Made by a program: the position numbers and the translations under genes. Under the pieces are notes generated by a model that saw only the letters and a program-made list of their open reading frames with translations, was not told the DNA's origin and searched no databases. This document shows, piece after piece, positions 45,087-54,514 of a DNA stretch of 64,000 nucleotides. The stretch comes from a virus, in IMG/VR virus record IMGVR_UViG_3300027736_000026, positions 55,675 to 119,674 of that record; one strand, 5' to 3'. Every line of letters begins with the position of its first letter. Positions within the stretch are counted from its first letter, which is position 1.

Positions 45087-46502
45087 GTGGAGGCAATTAA
45101 TTATAAAAATGTTTTGTATATCAGTCCATCAGGAGATTCTGATTTGGCGATGTGCGCCAAGAGACACATCTATAAGTTAATAAATGACAAAGTCAATATC
45201 CTATGGAAGACTTATAAAATAGATAACTCTATAGATGCAGACAACAAATTCAACAAACTTCTTTCTCAGCATAAGCAAAGATTGTTATCTTATTCAGAAG
45301 CAATAATAGATGCAGATCCACAAAATTGGGATCACATAATTGATCAATTCAAAGTAAAAACAGAAAACAGGATAATCGTAGGAAGAACTTATGATAATCT
45401 TGACACTGTCCCAGATGAACTTGTCGCAAAGATTAATAATAGTTTAGTAAATGTAGTAAGTGTTTCTAGCGAATACAATAAACAGACTCTAATTGAATTC
45501 GGAATCAATAAACCTATTATAGTAGACCAATGCCCAGAAGTGGATTTATGGACCTTTGGAGTAGATTCAAAAAATGAAGGCGTATCGGCAGAAGCATATT
45601 TAAACAGGAGCATCTTTAACCAAGGGCAAGATGTAAAAATACTAAATCTTCCTTATGATAAAGAAAATTTCTTCTTCAATCCCTGCATATTCTCAAGAAA
45701 CGAAAATCATTATTTAATGGCGAGGCATGCAAAAATTACTAATGATAAGCCTCTTGAATTCAATAATACTCTTAAACTATATCAATTAGATTCAAATTTT
45801 GAAATTAGACAAGAAATTCCTTTAAAAATAAAAGATGAACTCCAGAACGAGCAATACGAAGACCCTAGAGTCATATTTTTTAAAAATAAATACTATATAG
45901 GATGTGCCAATTATGTTAAAGATAGGGGAGGGTACATTCATCAAAAAGTTTTAGTATTTGATGAGTATTTTAATCATATAGATAATCTGCATATTAATTA
46001 TGATGGCAATGGATCTTTTATAACGAGCAATACAAATCATCAAAAAAACTGGACATGGTTTATCTATGATGATAAACTAATGCTAGAATACAGAATGAAC
46101 CCTCATGTAGTTCTGGAAATAGATCACATAAAAGGACAAGTCGTCGCAGAATACAAGCACTTTCAAGATGTAAGCAAGTTATGGAAATTTGGCGAATGTA
46201 GGATGGGGAATAATCCTATTTTAAAAGATGGGCATTATAATGGCTTTTTCCACAGCAGCTTACCTTGGAAAGGATCGAAAAGGAGATACTTCATGGGGTA
46301 TTACAAATTTGAATCTAAACCACCTTTTAAAATAACCGAAATTTCTGAAAAACCAATATTATATGGAAACGAAACGGACCAAAGACTATTACCAGACAAC
46401 AGCCCTTTGGTAGTTTTTCCATGCGGAGCTATAGGAAAAGATGGTAAATTTATTGTTAGTTTTGGATTGAATGATGAAAGAACAGGAATTATAAAAATAT
46501 GA
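45087..46502 (+). CDS. Fusion: GT-B N-terminal-like domain + GH130-like beta-propeller glycosidase/phosphorylase
   Basis: N-part SVSSEYNKQTL..GI.KPI; C-part FFNPCIF, YEDPRV, QKNW, FFHS, YFMG, VVFPCG, SFGLND. Confidence 0.7.
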   Translation: MEAINYKNVLYISPSGDSDLAMCAKRHIYKLINDKVNILWKTYKIDNSIDADNKFNKLLSQHKQRLLSYSEAIIDADPQNWDHIIDQFKVKTENRIIVGRTYDNLDTVPDELVAKINNSLVNVVSVSSEYNKQTLIEFGINKPIIVDQCPEVDLWTFGVDSKNEGVSAEAYLNRSIFNQGQDVKILNLPYDKENFFFNPCIFSRNENHYLMARHAKITNDKPLEFNNTLKLYQLDSNFEIRQEIPLKIKDELQNEQYEDPRVIFFKNKYYIGCANYVKDRGGYIHQKVLVFDEYFNHIDNLHINYDGNGSFITSNTNHQKNWTWFIYDDKLMLEYRMNPHVVLEIDHIKGQVVAEYKHFQDVSKLWKFGECRMGNNPILKDGHYNGFFHSSLPWKGSKRRYFMGYYKFESKPPFKITEISEKPILYGNETDQRLLPDNSPLVVFPCGAIGKDGKFIVSFGLNDERTGIIKI

Positions 46503-47089
46503 GATCTAGAGAATTTGTGATTGCAAAATATGTTCGTTCAACAGAATGGACGAATCAATTAAAAGGAAATGTTATAATTTATAACAAATTAAAAAATAAT
46601 TTATTGCCAGATGAAATTTTAATAGAACCTAATCTGGGAAGATGTCTTCATACATATCTTACTCATATTTTAAGAAATTATGACAATTTAGCAGATGAAA
46701 TTTTTTTTGCACAAGATAGTCCATTTGAACATGTTCCTGATTATATTAATGTTGTTAATAATATTAATAAAGTTGAAAAGTTTATTTGTTTAACTTCATA
46801 TTGTAGTCAAGCACCTAAAATAATTGTAGGAGAAAAATTTGGAGTAGACATTGAAATTCCTGATTTTTGGAATTTTTTGTTTTTATCAAAATGCCCTGAA
46901 ATGTGTAATTTTTGCATAGCTACCCATTTTGCTGTAGATAAAGACGCAATCTTAATAAGAACCAAAAATTTTTACAAAAAACTATTATACATATTGGAAA
47001 CTAGAAATGAAGCTCCGTGGGAAATGGAACGCATCTTGCCATATTGGTTTGACATAGAAATGGTAGAAAGAAAATTTATAAAATATTAA
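46499..47089 (+). CDS. DUF3431-like protein
   Basis: FVIAKY..W, IYNK, NLGR..HTYL.HI..NYD.L, FAQD.PF.H, MERI. Confidence 0.75.
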   Translation: MRSREFVIAKYVRSTEWTNQLKGNVIIYNKLKNNLLPDEILIEPNLGRCLHTYLTHILRNYDNLADEIFFAQDSPFEHVPDYINVVNNINKVEKFICLTSYCSQAPKIIVGEKFGVDIEIPDFWNFLFLSKCPEMCNFCIATHFAVDKDAILIRTKNFYKKLLYILETRNEAPWEMERILPYWFDIEMVERKFIKY

Positions 47090-47093
47090 TTAC

Positions 47094-47804
47094 ATGAAAA
47101 CATCTGATCTGATCGTATTATCGCACACAGTTAATGATAAAATTTTTGAATTTCAGCAAGAAATGTTGAAAAGTTTTTTAAAAAACACTCCGTCTGAATG
47201 TAAAATGTTTGTTTTAGAAAATAATTCCACAACTGAACAACACAGCAAGTGGAAGAATTTGGTATTAGAATCAAATCAAACATTTTATTATTGTAATGAA
47301 TCATTTAATATGAATTATTATTATAATATAGCAACGAAAATGACCAGTAATGAGTATATTTTTTATTGTAATTCTGATTTAATTTTTTATGAAAATTGGT
47401 ATGTAAATTTGCTTGGATGGTTTGATAAAATTCCGAACTTATTTACAATATCACCATTTACCAAAGCGTTCGATTGGGACCCAAACCCGCAGGGAGTATA
47501 TCAAATTAATACTGATTTAAGAGATGTTTTTTTTGAAACAGAATCATTACCGGGATGGATAAATTGTATACCTAGAAAACATAATTTCATATGGGATGAA
47601 CAGTTTGTCGGTCATCATCAAGATTGTGATTTTTGTTACACTTTAGCAGACATGAGAAAAAAAAACCTATTAATAAAAAGTGGCATTGCGTATAACAGCA
47701 GAGTAGATCATATGGGTGGACAGACTGCTAAAAACTGCGTAGCTAATTATGGTAATGACGGATATGAAAAATTAAAAAAGAAATGGTTTAATTTAAATAT
47801 ATGA
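47094..47804 (+). CDS. GT2-like glycosyltransferase (paralog A)
   Basis: VLENNS, FNMN..YN, YIFYCNSDLIF, WDEQF...QD.D, VDH. Confidence 0.75.
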   Translation: MKTSDLIVLSHTVNDKIFEFQQEMLKSFLKNTPSECKMFVLENNSTTEQHSKWKNLVLESNQTFYYCNESFNMNYYYNIATKMTSNEYIFYCNSDLIFYENWYVNLLGWFDKIPNLFTISPFTKAFDWDPNPQGVYQINTDLRDVFFETESLPGWINCIPRKHNFIWDEQFVGHHQDCDFCYTLADMRKKNLLIKSGIAYNSRVDHMGGQTAKNCVANYGNDGYEKLKKKWFNLNI

Positions 47805-48526
47805 AAACATCAAATATAATTGTTTTGTGTTCAACAAAAAATGAAAAAATTGAACAATTCCAAATAGAAATGATTGATTCCTTTGTTAGGAATACTCCAA
47901 ATGAAGCGTCTATGTTGGTTATAGAAAATAACTCAACATATGAATCTCATAAACGGTGGAAAGATTATGTAGAATCAAAAAATCAACAATTTTTATATGT
48001 AAATGGTGAATTTAACATGAATAGATTTTATAATATTGGTACAGCTATAACTCAAAAAGAATATATTATGTATTGTAGTTCTGATATCCTATTTTATCCA
48101 CAGTGGCATGAAAATTTATTATCATGGTATGATAAAATTGATAATTTATTTGTTACAACACCATTTGCAAAAGTTGTTAATAATGAAGAATGGATTGAAG
48201 TACAAAACGAGTATTCTGTTTATAGAAAAAATATAGATTATGTTGATAGATTTATAAATACAATACATATTGGAGGATGGTTTAGTTGTTTCCCAAGAAA
48301 ATTTAATTGGATATGGGATGAAAAATTTAAAGCTCATTATCAAGATGCTGATATGGTGCTTACAATAGAAAAAATGCGTAAGAAAGATCCAACCTTAATT
48401 ACGGGATGCGCGTACAATAGTAGAGTTGATCATTTAGTAGGAGCTACCGCAGTAAATTCACCTAATGCAGATTATTATACTTTATCTGGTAGAGAAGAAA
48501 TGATTAAAAAATGGGGCAGATGGTAA
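47801..48526 (+). CDS. GT2-like glycosyltransferase (paralog B)
   Basis: Co-linear similarity to 47094-47804 (MKTS, ENNST, FNMN, WDE.F, AYNSRVDH, KKW). Confidence 0.75.
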   Translation: MKTSNIIVLCSTKNEKIEQFQIEMIDSFVRNTPNEASMLVIENNSTYESHKRWKDYVESKNQQFLYVNGEFNMNRFYNIGTAITQKEYIMYCSSDILFYPQWHENLLSWYDKIDNLFVTTPFAKVVNNEEWIEVQNEYSVYRKNIDYVDRFINTIHIGGWFSCFPRKFNWIWDEKFKAHYQDADMVLTIEKMRKKDPTLITGCAYNSRVDHLVGATAVNSPNADYYTLSGREEMIKKWGRW

Positions 48527-48529
48527 AAT

Positions 48530-49198
48530 ATGAAGAATTTGCCAAAAATCTTTTGTTTGACATTAAAAGATACTCCTAAGAGACGAGAATATGCGGAACG
48601 GCATTTTAAACAACATGATTTAGAAGTTGAATTTTTTGAAGGAATTCATGCTAAGAATTTCGGTCTTTCAACAAGGATTCCCTATACGGATGACACACCT
48701 AATTGGGGTCCAGATTTTGGAACGCCTCATTTTATAAGCCAAGGACACGTTGGATGTATTTTGTCTCATTATATTTTATGGAAAGTGATGGAGTACCTCC
48801 CGTTTGGAGAATATATAATTTTTGAAGATGATGTAGTGCTATGTGATAATTTTAAAGAGGAACTGATTCATTATAAATCTCAACTCCCAGAAGACTGGCA
48901 GTATGCATTTATAGGTCACTGCTGTCTATGCTCAGAAGAAGGAAGGTTCCATGTGAGTGAAAACGTTATACAGACTATTGATCCTCCAATGTGTACCCAT
49001 GCCTACATGATAAAAAAATCCGCTTTGCCAGTTCTAATAGAGACAAATAGCCTAGCTTGGTCTCATATTGACATACAAATTAAAAAGAGAAGTCTTCCAA
49101 AATTAAAATACTATGTTATGATGCCTCCTCTTGCAGATCAAATATCGATAAACAATCCAATAGATGTATCATTTAAATCGCTAACCCAAAATGGATAA
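48530..49198 (+). CDS. GT25 glycosyltransferase
   Basis: CLTL...RR, FFEGI, GCILSHY.LW, IFEDDV, THAYMI, HID. Confidence 0.85.
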   Translation: MKNLPKIFCLTLKDTPKRREYAERHFKQHDLEVEFFEGIHAKNFGLSTRIPYTDDTPNWGPDFGTPHFISQGHVGCILSHYILWKVMEYLPFGEYIIFEDDVVLCDNFKEELIHYKSQLPEDWQYAFIGHCCLCSEEGRFHVSENVIQTIDPPMCTHAYMIKKSALPVLIETNSLAWSHIDIQIKKRSLPKLKYYVMMPPLADQISINNPIDVSFKSLTQNG

Positions 49199-49979
49199 GA
49201 TATATCATTTTATATTTGGGCTATCAGAAGATTTTAACAAAAAACCTTTTGAGTATTTTCATTATCTGTCTATCAAAAGCTGTTATTTAACACAAGAAAA
49301 CCCTAAGATATATATGCATTATCTTTATGAGCCTAAAGATAATCAATGGTGGGAAAAGGCGAAGCAGTTTGTTGAATTGATTAAATATGATTCTCTCCCA
49401 GATATTGTTTACTATTGCAATAAAAAGAAAGTATGGAGAGTAGAACATCAATCCGATATCTTTAGATTACTAGTGTTGAAAGAATATGGTGGAGTCTATG
49501 CTGACGTAGATACGCTTTTTTATAAACCATTTTTTCCTAACTTAGATAAAGATTTTGTATTAGGAACAGAAGCTATATTCCACATGGATTCTAATCAGTG
49601 GCAAATAAATGGTCTTTGTAACGCTTTAATAATTAGTAAAAGAGATTCAAAATTCCTAGACCTATGGTTTGAAGCTTATCTATCTGACTATGATGACTAT
49701 GATTGGAACAAAATGTCAGTAAGAAAGCCTTTTGAACTTGCTAAAGAGAACCCAAGTCTAATACATATAGAACCAGTAGAGGCTTTTCACAAGTACGATT
49801 GGAACTTAGACTTTTATTATGAAGACAGAGAAGGAGGAGATAGCGGAATTTATAGCAAGCACATGGCTGAATCTAAGGTTTACCATGTCTTAAAAATAAT
49901 ATCAAGACGTTCTCTTCTGTCTCAAAATTCGCTGTTTTCTAGGATGTGCAAAAACATTAAAGGTTTATTAAATGAATAG
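49191..49979 (+). CDS. GT32 (DxD sugar-binding) glycosyltransferase
   Basis: IYHFIF, HQSDIFRL..L..YGGVYADVD, CNALI. Confidence 0.85.
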   Translation: MDKIYHFIFGLSEDFNKKPFEYFHYLSIKSCYLTQENPKIYMHYLYEPKDNQWWEKAKQFVELIKYDSLPDIVYYCNKKKVWRVEHQSDIFRLLVLKEYGGVYADVDTLFYKPFFPNLDKDFVLGTEAIFHMDSNQWQINGLCNALIISKRDSKFLDLWFEAYLSDYDDYDWNKMSVRKPFELAKENPSLIHIEPVEAFHKYDWNLDFYYEDREGGDSGIYSKHMAESKVYHVLKIISRRSLLSQNSLFSRMCKNIKGLLNE

Positions 49980-50585
49980 CCTTTCATAGAGGTTCTTCAT
50001 TAAGAATTTTCTTTCTAGATTATTTAACACACAATAGTGGTAAAAAAAAGTATTTTCTTTAATATCTTCGACACGGCAATCAAGGATGGTATTGTCAGGA
50101 AACGTAGATACATTTAAGTTAAAATGATGGAATAGAGCTTTCAAACAGTTCTGCTCCCACTTCATACCGTAACCTTTACCAAAAAAATCATTGTCCTTAA
50201 CGTCTTTTAAGAACAAAAGAGTGTCTAATAGCTTATTGTTATATTCATTATTTTTGATATAAAAATGACTTGTACAAATCCCATTCCAATCCGAATTGCA
50301 CAAGAAAGGAGTTTCTTTATTTATATCCGCTATATCTAAAAAAGATTTTTTATTATTTAAGAATAAAGTATCTATATCGCTCCATAAAACATAATCATAT
50401 TTTAAAAAACAATTTTTTACGGCAAGCAGTTTATTCCAAGCAGGATGAATACTTTTATCAAGCACTTGATCATAGATTTGAATTTCAAAATTATTGTACT
50501 CACAAAATTTTTCAAAAGATTTTATAGCTAATGGAGCAAAACTTTTAAAATTATCAGTATATAATGTCGTCAGGCAAACTTTCAC
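49968..50585 (-). CDS. GT34 (MNN10)-like glycosyltransferase, inverted
   Basis: HPAWNKL, YDYVLWSDIDTLF, WEQN. Confidence 0.75.
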   Translation of the reverse strand: MKVCLTTLYTDNFKSFAPLAIKSFEKFCEYNNFEIQIYDQVLDKSIHPAWNKLLAVKNCFLKYDYVLWSDIDTLFLNNKKSFLDIADINKETPFLCNSDWNGICTSHFYIKNNEYNNKLLDTLLFLKDVKDNDFFGKGYGMKWEQNCLKALFHHFNLNVSTFPDNTILDCRVEDIKENTFFYHYCVLNNLERKFLMKNLYERLFI

Positions 50586-50623
50586 AATTAATTATATTCC
50601 GATGTGTAAAATAAGTTAACAAT

Positions 50624-51229
50624 ATGATAAAATACAGATCAGGACTATCTTCCTTGTTTCAAGAAAAAAACTTTCTAGGAAAAGGCGTAGAAATAGGAGT
50701 CAGCAAAGGAGAACACGCTAAAATAATACTCTCTAAGTATTTCGGTCATTTGTATTTAGTAGACCCTTGGGCGATGCAAGATCCACAAGAATACGAAGAC
50801 ATAGCGAACTCTGAAGATCATATGTCTAATCTTTATGATTGCGCCACTAACCTGTCAGAATATCAAGCTCGCTATACAATAGTAAGGAAAAAATCCCCAC
50901 TTGCCGCAAATGATTTTGAAAATGAATCTTTAGATTTTGTTTATCTTGACGCTAACCTTAAGTATAGTTTCGTTAAAGCAGATATAGAAGCTTGGTTTCC
51001 AAAAGTGAGGACAGGAGGAATTGTATCTGGGCATGATTATTTTAATAATTGGGAGGATATTTCTGATATTGCTTCAAACGGAATAGATAAATATGTTTTT
51101 AACGCAGAAGGCATTAAATTAGCAGCATTTGGAGTTAACCCAGCAGTAAATGAATTTTGCGCTCAAAACAATTATAATTTACAAACTACTCGCTATGAGT
51201 GGTTCGCTTCATGGTATTTTATCAAATGA
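50624..51229 (+). CDS. Class I SAM-dependent methyltransferase (Methyltransf_24-like)
   Basis: GVEIGVSKG, VDPW, DFVYLDA..Y..V..D..AWFPKVRTGGIVSGHDY, GV..AV.EF. Confidence 0.88.
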   Translation: MIKYRSGLSSLFQEKNFLGKGVEIGVSKGEHAKIILSKYFGHLYLVDPWAMQDPQEYEDIANSEDHMSNLYDCATNLSEYQARYTIVRKKSPLAANDFENESLDFVYLDANLKYSFVKADIEAWFPKVRTGGIVSGHDYFNNWEDISDIASNGIDKYVFNAEGIKLAAFGVNPAVNEFCAQNNYNLQTTRYEWFASWYFIK

Positions 51230-52251
51230 CTAAATTAAGCGTCTCTACATTTTTTGATTTTGAATCAGGGTATAATACCTTGGTAGAATGCATATTAGAA
51301 GAACTTCCAAAGTATAATTGTTTAATAAAACCAAGGTCATTTTCTAATGATGCTGGCAGATTTGAAAAGTATTTTGAGAATCTCCCTGTCTTTAAAGAAG
51401 ATCTTGATTTATTAGTTTTACCGCCTTGTAACGAATTAAATTTTTCAAACTTTATCTTTTTTTTAAATCCTAGAAAAGATAGAGTAATGCTGACAATGTG
51501 GGAAAGCACAAGGATCAACGAGATATTCATTGAGCAGATGAATAACATGAAAGCAATCATCGTCCCAAACAAGTGGAACAAGGCTAATTTTGAAGCTCAA
51601 GGATGCGAAGTTCCTATTCATGTCGTTAATCTCTTCGTTGATACCGAAATATTTAATTATCAGCCACCTGTTGCTAAAGATCACTTCGTATTTGGAACCG
51701 CGAATAAAGACCCTCGCAAAAGACTAGGAGACGTAGTAAGCTGCTTCAATAAAGCTTTCTCAGATAAAAAAGACGTTAAACTCAAAATCAAAATATCTCC
51801 CAAAGAAAGTTACGATAAAATATTTACTGGCAGTAAGATAGAAATCTGCAAAGATTCTTTTACAAGAAATCAATTGAAAGACTGGTATTCTGATAATGAT
51901 TGTTTTGTTTCTTGTGTAAGCGCTGAAGGCTGGGGGTTGATGCAACATGAGAGCATGGCTTGTGGGAGGCCAGTGATTGCTGCTAAGTATGCTGGATTAT
52001 CTGAGTTCATGACAGAAGAGAATTCATTTTGTCTTAATTATAAAGAAGTACCAGCAGAGGGGTACTGGAAAGCTCCAGCCTCAAAATGGTCAAAATACGA
52101 TGAAGAACATTTGATAGAAACCATGCGCTTCGCCTATAATAATCCAAGCACTGTAGTGGAGAAGGGGCGGCTGGCAAGTGTAGACGCTTGCAAGCTAGAT
52201 AAAAGACTTTTTGTAACGACGCTACTTGATGTCATTTCCAAGTATAAATAA
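51226..52251 (+). CDS. GT-B glycosyltransferase (GT4-like)
   Basis: SGY, TMWEST, IVPNKWN, DPRK, AEGWGLMQHESMACGRPVIA. Confidence 0.85.
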   Translation: MTKLSVSTFFDFESGYNTLVECILEELPKYNCLIKPRSFSNDAGRFEKYFENLPVFKEDLDLLVLPPCNELNFSNFIFFLNPRKDRVMLTMWESTRINEIFIEQMNNMKAIIVPNKWNKANFEAQGCEVPIHVVNLFVDTEIFNYQPPVAKDHFVFGTANKDPRKRLGDVVSCFNKAFSDKKDVKLKIKISPKESYDKIFTGSKIEICKDSFTRNQLKDWYSDNDCFVSCVSAEGWGLMQHESMACGRPVIAAKYAGLSEFMTEENSFCLNYKEVPAEGYWKAPASKWSKYDEEHLIETMRFAYNNPSTVVEKGRLASVDACKLDKRLFVTTLLDVISKYK

Positions 52252-52307
52252 AAAAGTTTCTTATTTGTCGCAAAAATTCAGTTCATAAGTGTTATAATAT
52301 ATTAACG

Positions 52308-52604
52308 ATGAGATTTTTTTTACAGAAATTAATAAACCTTTTCTCTTGTGAGGATAGGCAATTTAAAGAAGTCTTAGAAAATCAAGCATCGTTACAACAA
52401 CAAATAAACAAAATTATGTCATCACTAAATAACCTACAAGAAGCCATTACTCGCCTATCTTCAATCACTGATGAAGCTGTAAAGGTACTAAACACTCCAC
52501 ATCCTACTGAAGAGGCTATTCAAGCAGCCGTAGATGTAATCAATGCTCAAGCAGATCGTTTGCAAGCTGCTTCTGACAATGATTCAAGCACAATCGCTGA
52601 ATAA
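52308..52604 (+). CDS. Hypothetical coiled-coil protein
   Basis: ORF track; heptad-rich. Confidence 0.6.
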   Translation: MRFFLQKLINLFSCEDRQFKEVLENQASLQQQINKIMSSLNNLQEAITRLSSITDEAVKVLNTPHPTEEAIQAAVDVINAQADRLQAASDNDSSTIAE

Positions 52605-52622
52605 TTATTAGTATAAACAAGT

Positions 52623-52652
52623 AACCCACAGATTTAACTCTGTGGGTTTTTT
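52623..52652. terminator. Terminator between convergent genes
   Basis: AACCCACAGA-TTTAAC-TCTGTGGGTT followed by a T run. Confidence 0.75.
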
Positions 52653-52653
52653 G

Positions 52654-52917
52654 TCAGTCTTTTTTGTGAGGAGGTGGCCCCTTTGGTCCTCTGCGAGGTG
52701 GGCCTATCTTTTTCTTATCCTCTGAAGAAATTTTAGACCTTTCTTCTCTGTCGAGCTTACCATCTTTATTGAGATCGTACTTTTTCAACATCTCTTTATG
52801 AATTTCCTTGCTAAATTCTGGAGGCTTGCGATGATTTCCCCCTTGACCGGGAGGATGCTCTGGTTTACCTTGGGCATTAACTGCGAGCGTGAGTAGAATG
52901 AGTAATAAATATTTCAT
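52654..52917 (-). CDS. Secreted single EF-hand protein
   Basis: Signal peptide MKYLLLILLTLAVNA; EF-hand loop DLNKDGKLDREE; Pro/Gly/Lys-rich flanks. Confidence 0.75.
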   Translation of the reverse strand: MKYLLLILLTLAVNAQGKPEHPPGQGGNHRKPPEFSKEIHKEMLKKYDLNKDGKLDREERSKISSEDKKKIGPPRRGPKGPPPHKKD

Positions 52918-52978
52918 ACCAATAATAATGACACCTGAGAGTCAATATGGTTAAATCTTTTACATTAACTTTACAAAA

Positions 52979-53500
52979 ATGAAAGCAAATCCACTCCCTG
53001 ATTTAAATTATTTAAAAGAATATGTTGAATTAGATCCTTCTATCCCTCACGGTCTTAGACGGAAGAACAGCAATATCCAATTTGCTGGAAAACCTTGTGG
53101 TGGTAAAGATGGATGGAAAAGCAGCCAATATTATCATTTTAGATTAAATGGAAAAAAATATTATAATCACAGAGTTATTTACGCTATTCATCATAATATT
53201 TCTGATTTTGAAGGCAAGTTCGTCGATCATATTGATGGCGACAAATTTAATAACAATATTAATAATTTAAGACTTGCCACTACTTCTGAAAACAAATTAA
53301 ACGCTGGGAGACAGAAGAACAACACAAGCGGGTATAAAAATATTAGTATTCATAAAAACAATAAATCAAAACCTTATCTTTGCGAATTTGATTTTCAAAG
53401 CAAGAGGATACGTATTGGAACTTTCGCCACTATAGAAGAAGCTGTAGAAGCTAGAGACTGTTGTATAAAAAAACTAGCAAAAGATTTTTTTAAAGTATGA
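52979..53500 (+). CDS. HNH-AP2 homing endonuclease
   Basis: HRVIY, VDHIDGDKFNNNINNLR, NNTSGYKNI, IGTF.T.EEA..AR. Confidence 0.9.
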   Translation: MKANPLPDLNYLKEYVELDPSIPHGLRRKNSNIQFAGKPCGGKDGWKSSQYYHFRLNGKKYYNHRVIYAIHHNISDFEGKFVDHIDGDKFNNNINNLRLATTSENKLNAGRQKNNTSGYKNISIHKNNKSKPYLCEFDFQSKRIRIGTFATIEEAVEARDCCIKKLAKDFFKV

Positions 53501-53718
53501 AAGCAACATTAGAATTCAATCTTCCTGAAGAGGAAAGAGAATACAGAATAGCAAATCAATCTGCTGATATGTATGCAGTGATTTGTCATCTTGCTGAAAG
53601 ATTAAGAAGCTATCGTAAGCACGGTAATGATTTCAAAAATGCGAGCGAAGCTCTTGACACCATTCATACAATTTTGTATGATGAACTTAACGCTCGACAC
53701 ATAGATATCCATGACTGA
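53497..53718 (+). CDS. Hypothetical phage protein
   Basis: MKATLEFNLPEE start motif. Confidence 0.7.
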   Translation: MKATLEFNLPEEEREYRIANQSADMYAVICHLAERLRSYRKHGNDFKNASEALDTIHTILYDELNARHIDIHD

Positions 53719-54208
53719 TATCATAGAAATCACTCCAACGCCTTCTCAGCTTGTCTTTGCTAAAGAAGAAGCTAAGAAAATTGGAGTTCTTAACAACTCT
53801 ATCCTTGAAGGCAAAGGTAATGCTCATGGTATCCTTGGAGAGATAATTGTCGCTGATTATATTAATGCAGATAGGGCTAATACTTATGATTACGATTTGG
53901 TAAGGAATGGCAGGACTATAGATGTCAAAACGAAACAATGCACAAGCAAGCCAGACCCTAGTTATTACTGCTCTGTGGCGAATTACAACACTTCACAAGA
54001 CTGCGAGGTATATGGTTTCGTTAGGATACTAAAAGATTTTAGTAAATGCTGGATTTTGGGAGGAATAAAGAGAGAAGACTTCTATGATAAAGCTAAGTTC
54101 TACAAAGAAGGGGAACTGGACCCATCTTCAAACTGCGGATTTAGATTTAAAGCTGATTGTTTTAATTTAGAAATTAAACATTTAAAGCCTTTTAAGCTAA
54201 AGAGATAA
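53711..54208 (+). CDS. Restriction-fold (PD-(D/E)XK) nuclease-like protein
   Basis: GILGE, YDYDL...IDVKTK, Y.FV, WILG. Confidence 0.6.
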   Translation: MTDIIEITPTPSQLVFAKEEAKKIGVLNNSILEGKGNAHGILGEIIVADYINADRANTYDYDLVRNGRTIDVKTKQCTSKPDPSYYCSVANYNTSQDCEVYGFVRILKDFSKCWILGGIKREDFYDKAKFYKEGELDPSSNCGFRFKADCFNLEIKHLKPFKLKR

Positions 54209-54249
54209 ATATTTTCTTTGATTTATAGGATTAAGAGATAAAATACAGT

Positions 54250-54474
54250 ATGAGTTCTCCATCTGTTACTGTCTCTGTTAATTTAAAAATAAAAGATCAA
54301 GAAATTACCCTATCAATGGAAGAAGCGAGTGACCTCTATTCTCAACTCAAAGGGATTTTAGGTTATAATCATCAACCGTATACTGTACCTTATTCTTGGG
54401 GCAGCCCTAGCCCTTATTGTACTTATACTATTAATTGCTCTGACGGTACTAATTCTAACTGGAAAACCCCTTAA
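54250..54474 (+). CDS. Hypothetical protein
   Basis: ITLSMEEA..LY..L, Pro/Tyr-rich tail. Confidence 0.55.
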   Translation: MSSPSVTVSVNLKIKDQEITLSMEEASDLYSQLKGILGYNHQPYTVPYSWGSPSPYCTYTINCSDGTNSNWKTP

Positions 54475-54479
54475 AAAAC

Positions 54480-54508
54480 TTGCTGAACAAGAAGAAGCTC
54501 TATATAAT
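54480..54508 (+). promoter_or_regulatory. Sigma70-type promoter TTGCTG-N17-TATAAT, 6 nt before ATG 54515
   Basis: Read directly from the sequence. Confidence 0.55.
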
Positions 54509-54514
54509 ATGAGT

